Below are positions 60,218 to 64,000 of a stretch of 64,000 bases of DNA, one piece after another (the first letter of the stretch is position 1; each line of letters starts with the position of its first letter). Position numbers and translations under genes: made by a program. The DNA lies in NCBI GenBank assembly GCA_030704615.1, contig CM060731.1:58218001-58282000 (forward strand), written 5' to 3'. The DNA comes from Takakia lepidozioides (lineage: Eukaryota; Plantae; Bryophyta). The notes under the pieces were generated by a model. It was not told the DNA's origin, searched no databases, and was given only the letters and a program-made list of their open reading frames with translations.

Positions 60218-62542
60218 ATGATACCAGATTATGGTCGAAGGACAGAATCTGGTCAAACGTGGGCTATGGAGGAATATGAGTATCAACCACAATCAGCCTG
60301 GACTGAAGGACCGACAGAGGGTATCAGTAAGAACTCTTCAGCCACTTGTGGGGATCTGAGGACGCTATGTAAGGCAGGACGTCTAAAAGAGGCTCTGCAC
60401 ATCCTGAAACAGCAACATATTCAGGCAGACTCCAATATTTATGTCTGTCTCTTGCGGGAGTGTATCAAAATGAAACTCTTAGCAGAGGGAAAGCAGGTTC
60501 ATGCTCACATTATTGTAAGCAGATTCAAGCCAAACATCTTTCTATTGAACACCCTTGTCAACATGTATGCCAAGTGTGGAAGTGTGGTGGATGCACGCCG
60601 AGTGTTTGACAAAATGCCTCTGAGAGATCTGTTTACATGGAATATAATGATAGCAGGATACTCCAAGCGTGGGTGTGGTAAGGAGGCTTTGGAGATGTAT
60701 ATCCAAATGCAACAGGTAGGGTTGACAGCTGACAGGGTCACATTCATTTGCATTGTCAATGCGTGTGCCAGCCTAGGAGCCCTAGAAAAGGCTAAAGAGG
60801 TCTATGGTGACATCGTTAAAGCTGGAGTTGTTCGAGATGTCATTCTGGAAACTGCCCTTGTTGACATGTATGCCAAATGCGGGAGCATGAAGGATGCGCA
60901 TGAGGTGTTCGTCACAATGGCTCAAAGAGATGTGGTCTCATGGAATGCCATAATCGCAGGATACACCCAGCATGGGTGTGGTAGGGAGGCCTTGGAGATG
61001 TATGAGCAAATGCGAAGAGAAGGGGTGACCCCTGACAGGGTCACGTTCACTTGCATTCTCACTACATGTGCCAGCCTAGGAGCCATGGAAAAGGGCAAAG
61101 AGGTCCATGCTGACATCATCAAGGTTGGGATAGTGCTAGATTTTATTCTGGAGACTGCCCTTGTTGACATGTATGCCAAATGTGGTAGCATGAAGGATGC
61201 ATGTGCAGTGTTTGAAAAAATGACTGAAGGTGATGTGGTCGCATGGAATGCCATGATGGCAGGATATGCTCAACACGGGTGTGGTAGGGAGGCCTTGGAG
61301 ATGTATGAGAAAATGCAACGGGCTGGGGTGATGCCAGACAAAATCACCTTCATTTCTGTTCTCAATGCATGTGCCAGCCTTGGAGCACTTGAAGAAGGAA
61401 AAAACATTCATGCTGGCATCATCAAAGCTGGAATTGCATCATATAGGAATCTGGAGACTGCCCTTGTTGATATGTATGCTAAATGCGGAAGCATGAAGGA
61501 TGCACGTGAAGTGTTTGACACTCTGGCTCAACCAAATGTGGTCTCATGGGGTGCGATGATCGCAGGATATACCAAGCTTGGATGTGGTAGGGATGCTCTT
61601 GAAATGTATGAGGAAATGCAGCAGGAAGGGGTGCCCCCTGACACAGTCACCTTCACTTGTGTTCTCAATGCTTGTGCCAGCCTAGGAGCCTTTGATAAGG
61701 GCAAACGAGTCCATGCTGACATCCGCAAAAGTGGAATAGTGCAAGATATTATTCTGGGAAACACCCTTATAGATATGTATGCCAAATGTGGGAATGTAAA
61801 GGATGCTCGTCAACTGTTTGACAGTATGGCTCAAAAAGATGTGGTTTCGTGGAGTACGATGATTTCAGGATATGCTCAGAATGGGTATGGTAGGGAGGCT
61901 CTCGAGATCTATGAGAAAATGATATGGGAAGGGATGATGCCCAGCAAGGTCACGTACGTTTCCGTTCTCAATGCATGTGCCAGCCTGGCAGCCTTGGAAA
62001 AGAGCAAACAAGTTCATGATGATATCATCCAAGCTGGGATTGCTCTCGACACCATTCTAGAGACTGCTTTTATCAACATGTATGTCAAATGTGCCAGTAT
62101 GAAGGATGCACGTCAAGTGTTTGACAAGATGGCTAAACGAGATCTGGTCTCATGGAGTGTGATGATCGCAGGATATGGTCAGCATGGATGTGGTAGGGAG
62201 TCTCTCGAACTTTTTGAACAAATGCAACAGGAAGGCTTGAATCCTGATGATATTACGTTTGTTTCTCTTCTCTCTGCATGCAGCCACATGGGCCTAGTGG
62301 ATGAAGGCCACCACTACTTCAGTTCCATGGTTCGTGATCATCACATCAATCCTACACCAGAACTTTGTTGCTGCATGGTGGACCTTCTTGGCCGTGCAGG
62401 GAAATTGGAGGAGGCAGAGGACTTCATTAATAAAATGCCTATTGACCCAGGTGCTTCGGTGTGGGGGGCCTTGCTTGGTGCCTGCAGAACTCATGGGAAT
62501 GTGGAGATAGCAGAACGAGTTGCAAAATGTTTTTTCAAGTGA
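60218..62542 (+). CDS. PLS-class pentatricopeptide repeat protein (RNA-editing factor type) ending after E1; start uncertain (ATG 59852, 60218 or 60266)
   Basis: Six 303-bp-period triplets (MYAKCG-type motif at 60563, 60866, 61169, 61472, 61775, 62078), then ACSHMGLVDEG, MVDLLGRAG and VWGALLGACRTHGN; stop at 62542. Confidence 0.85.
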   Translation: MIPDYGRRTESGQTWAMEEYEYQPQSAWTEGPTEGISKNSSATCGDLRTLCKAGRLKEALHILKQQHIQADSNIYVCLLRECIKMKLLAEGKQVHAHIIVSRFKPNIFLLNTLVNMYAKCGSVVDARRVFDKMPLRDLFTWNIMIAGYSKRGCGKEALEMYIQMQQVGLTADRVTFICIVNACASLGALEKAKEVYGDIVKAGVVRDVILETALVDMYAKCGSMKDAHEVFVTMAQRDVVSWNAIIAGYTQHGCGREALEMYEQMRREGVTPDRVTFTCILTTCASLGAMEKGKEVHADIIKVGIVLDFILETALVDMYAKCGSMKDACAVFEKMTEGDVVAWNAMMAGYAQHGCGREALEMYEKMQRAGVMPDKITFISVLNACASLGALEEGKNIHAGIIKAGIASYRNLETALVDMYAKCGSMKDAREVFDTLAQPNVVSWGAMIAGYTKLGCGRDALEMYEEMQQEGVPPDTVTFTCVLNACASLGAFDKGKRVHADIRKSGIVQDIILGNTLIDMYAKCGNVKDARQLFDSMAQKDVVSWSTMISGYAQNGYGREALEIYEKMIWEGMMPSKVTYVSVLNACASLAALEKSKQVHDDIIQAGIALDTILETAFINMYVKCASMKDARQVFDKMAKRDLVSWSVMIAGYGQHGCGRESLELFEQMQQEGLNPDDITFVSLLSACSHMGLVDEGHHYFSSMVRDHHINPTPELCCCMVDLLGRAGKLEEAEDFINKMPIDPGASVWGALLGACRTHGNVEIAERVAKCFFK

Positions 62543-62962
62543 TCCGATCCAAAAGGAGTCGGGGTGCACAGCCACCTTGAGGGCCGGCCAAGTGTCCCAC
62601 ATTTATGGGAGATGAAAAATTGCTTCCCATTGACGAGGAAATCTCTCCTGAGTGGAGGTGATTGTTGGGGGCAGATCAAGGATGCTGGTTATGTGCCTGA
62701 CACAGCTTTGTTTCTCATTATGAGGAGGAGCAAAAGGGAAATTCTCTTTGCGATCACTTGAAGAAACTGCCTGATGCTTATCAGCTCACTAGCACACCGA
62801 CGGGTACAACTATCCATTTGATCAAAAACCCTCAGCATTCGGTGTCTGCCTTACCACCACTGACTAGTTCATATTGAACAATGTTGGGCGAGGAGCTGTC
62901 GTGCGGATGCCAACCCTTCCACAACTCCAATATGGGGTTGCTTCTTGTGGGATTAATGGTGA
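62543..62962 (+). pseudogene. Decayed E+/DYW deaminase domain
   Basis: Frameshifted remnants: KESGCT (PG box), GYVPDT, HLKKLP (HSEKLA), STPTGTTIHLIKN, GRGAVVR, and a GVASCG..W* end. Confidence 0.75.
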
Positions 62963-63570
62963 AGTGAACGGCAAGAAAGTGCTCCACGGTAACCATGAGG
63001 TCAAAAAATTTCTTATTCACAAGCAAGGGTTGAGCTGCAGTATGACACTGCAAACTAGACTGAGCCACCTGTGAAGATAATCACCATTGTGGTCATAAAA
63101 CAGCTGGAGAACTCAGATTGAGGAATGTTGTATATAAGGATGCACAACTTGGCTTGATGCATGCTCTAGAATCATCTGATTTGGTCAAGTAATGAAGGAG
63201 CTGTAAAGGTTTGAGCAGTAAACTGATTGTTATGTACATGTCACCCTTGACTATCGCACCTTTGAAAGCAGATTTCAGCATGGTTCTGACCAATAAGGGC
63301 ATGGCACAAGGAAGTAACAAATGTGCATATTCAGCTGAACCTGAGCGGCTATTTGGCCTTAATCCGACCTTTACAAGGTGCATCATAATAGGCATATGCC
63401 TCAGTGTGATCGTTATCTGGCTTAATCCTTGTCAGTAACAAAATAGTTCTGGCTTCGACAACACAGTTTTCGCCCAACTACAAATTATGGCATGACATAC
63501 AGTGGGTGGTCTGATCACCATCTTTCCCAATACACCGTCCTTCAAAATTTGTACCAGTGGCGGATACGTC

Positions 63571-63573
<3 letters not shown>

Positions 63574-63608
<35 letters not shown>

Positions 63609-63660
63609 GGCCACAAGGCTACGGCAAACAACGTCTTATGAGTACAATCTCTCTCTCTCT
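63574..63660 (+). repeat. (CT)n microsatellite enclosing a retroposon 3'-end unit
   Basis: (CT)n at 63574-63605, then atggccacaaggctacggcaaacaacgtcttatgagtacaa, then (CT)n again. Confidence 0.8.
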
Positions 63661-64000
63661 AGAGTGGAAGTCCCTCCAGACATCCTTTGTGCCATCTCTT
63701 CTATGTATGAGATTGTCACTGGCATGGTCAACGTCGCTGGTGAATTCTCAGCCGAGATCCACAGCAACATTGGAGTCAAACAGGGCTGCCCCCTTTCACC
63801 TACCCTGTTCGGGATCTACATTGACGCCTTGGAGAATTACATATCAAAAAACCATGGGGTTGGGGTCCCATTGGATGGGGGACCAACCCAATCAGATCTC
63901 CTCTATGCTGATGATGTTGCCCTTTTGGCACAATCCCCGGTCTTTCTGCAACGCCATCTCAAAATTTTGGAACAGTTCTGCAAAGACTATGGGATGCAGG
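63661..64000 (+). mobile_element. 5'-truncated LINE reverse transcriptase running off the window
   Basis: Frame from 63661 reads ..SNIGVKQGCPLSPTLFGIYID..LLYADDVALLA.. Confidence 0.9.

Overview
Eukaryotic nuclear DNA from a land plant, most likely a non-seed lineage (bryophyte, lycophyte or fern). This is inferred from GT-AG introns, a tandem PLS-PPR array, plant LTR elements and gene content. Apparently intact genes: an intronless HAD-like/class II terpene cyclase (drimenol/albicanol synthase type), intronless CBF5/NAP57, a 15-exon plastid release factor 1 (APG3-like), and a multi-exon E3 ligase whose C-terminus is a complete MYCBP2/PHR-type RING-Cys-Relay (RCR) module preceded by RING1-IBR and SAP-like domains (its 5' end is unresolved). 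Damaged genes: a BAHD acyltransferase head-to-head with the terpene cyclase, a methylesterase, an orphan coiled-coil/RING-H2 gene, and a PLS-PPR gene with an intact array but a decayed E2/DYW tail. Mobile DNA: a young full-length Ty1/copia inserted into a PPR fragment, an internally deleted chromovirus nested in a TA-flanked MITE, two CAGTGTTG-terminated MITEs, LINE fragments and a recurrent (CT)n-tailed retroposon end. The strongest candidates for new biology are (1) a plant RCR ubiquitin ligase retaining both relay cysteines and (2) the microbial-type drimane cyclase paired with a BAHD gene. All homology calls come from motif recognition; no database search was run.
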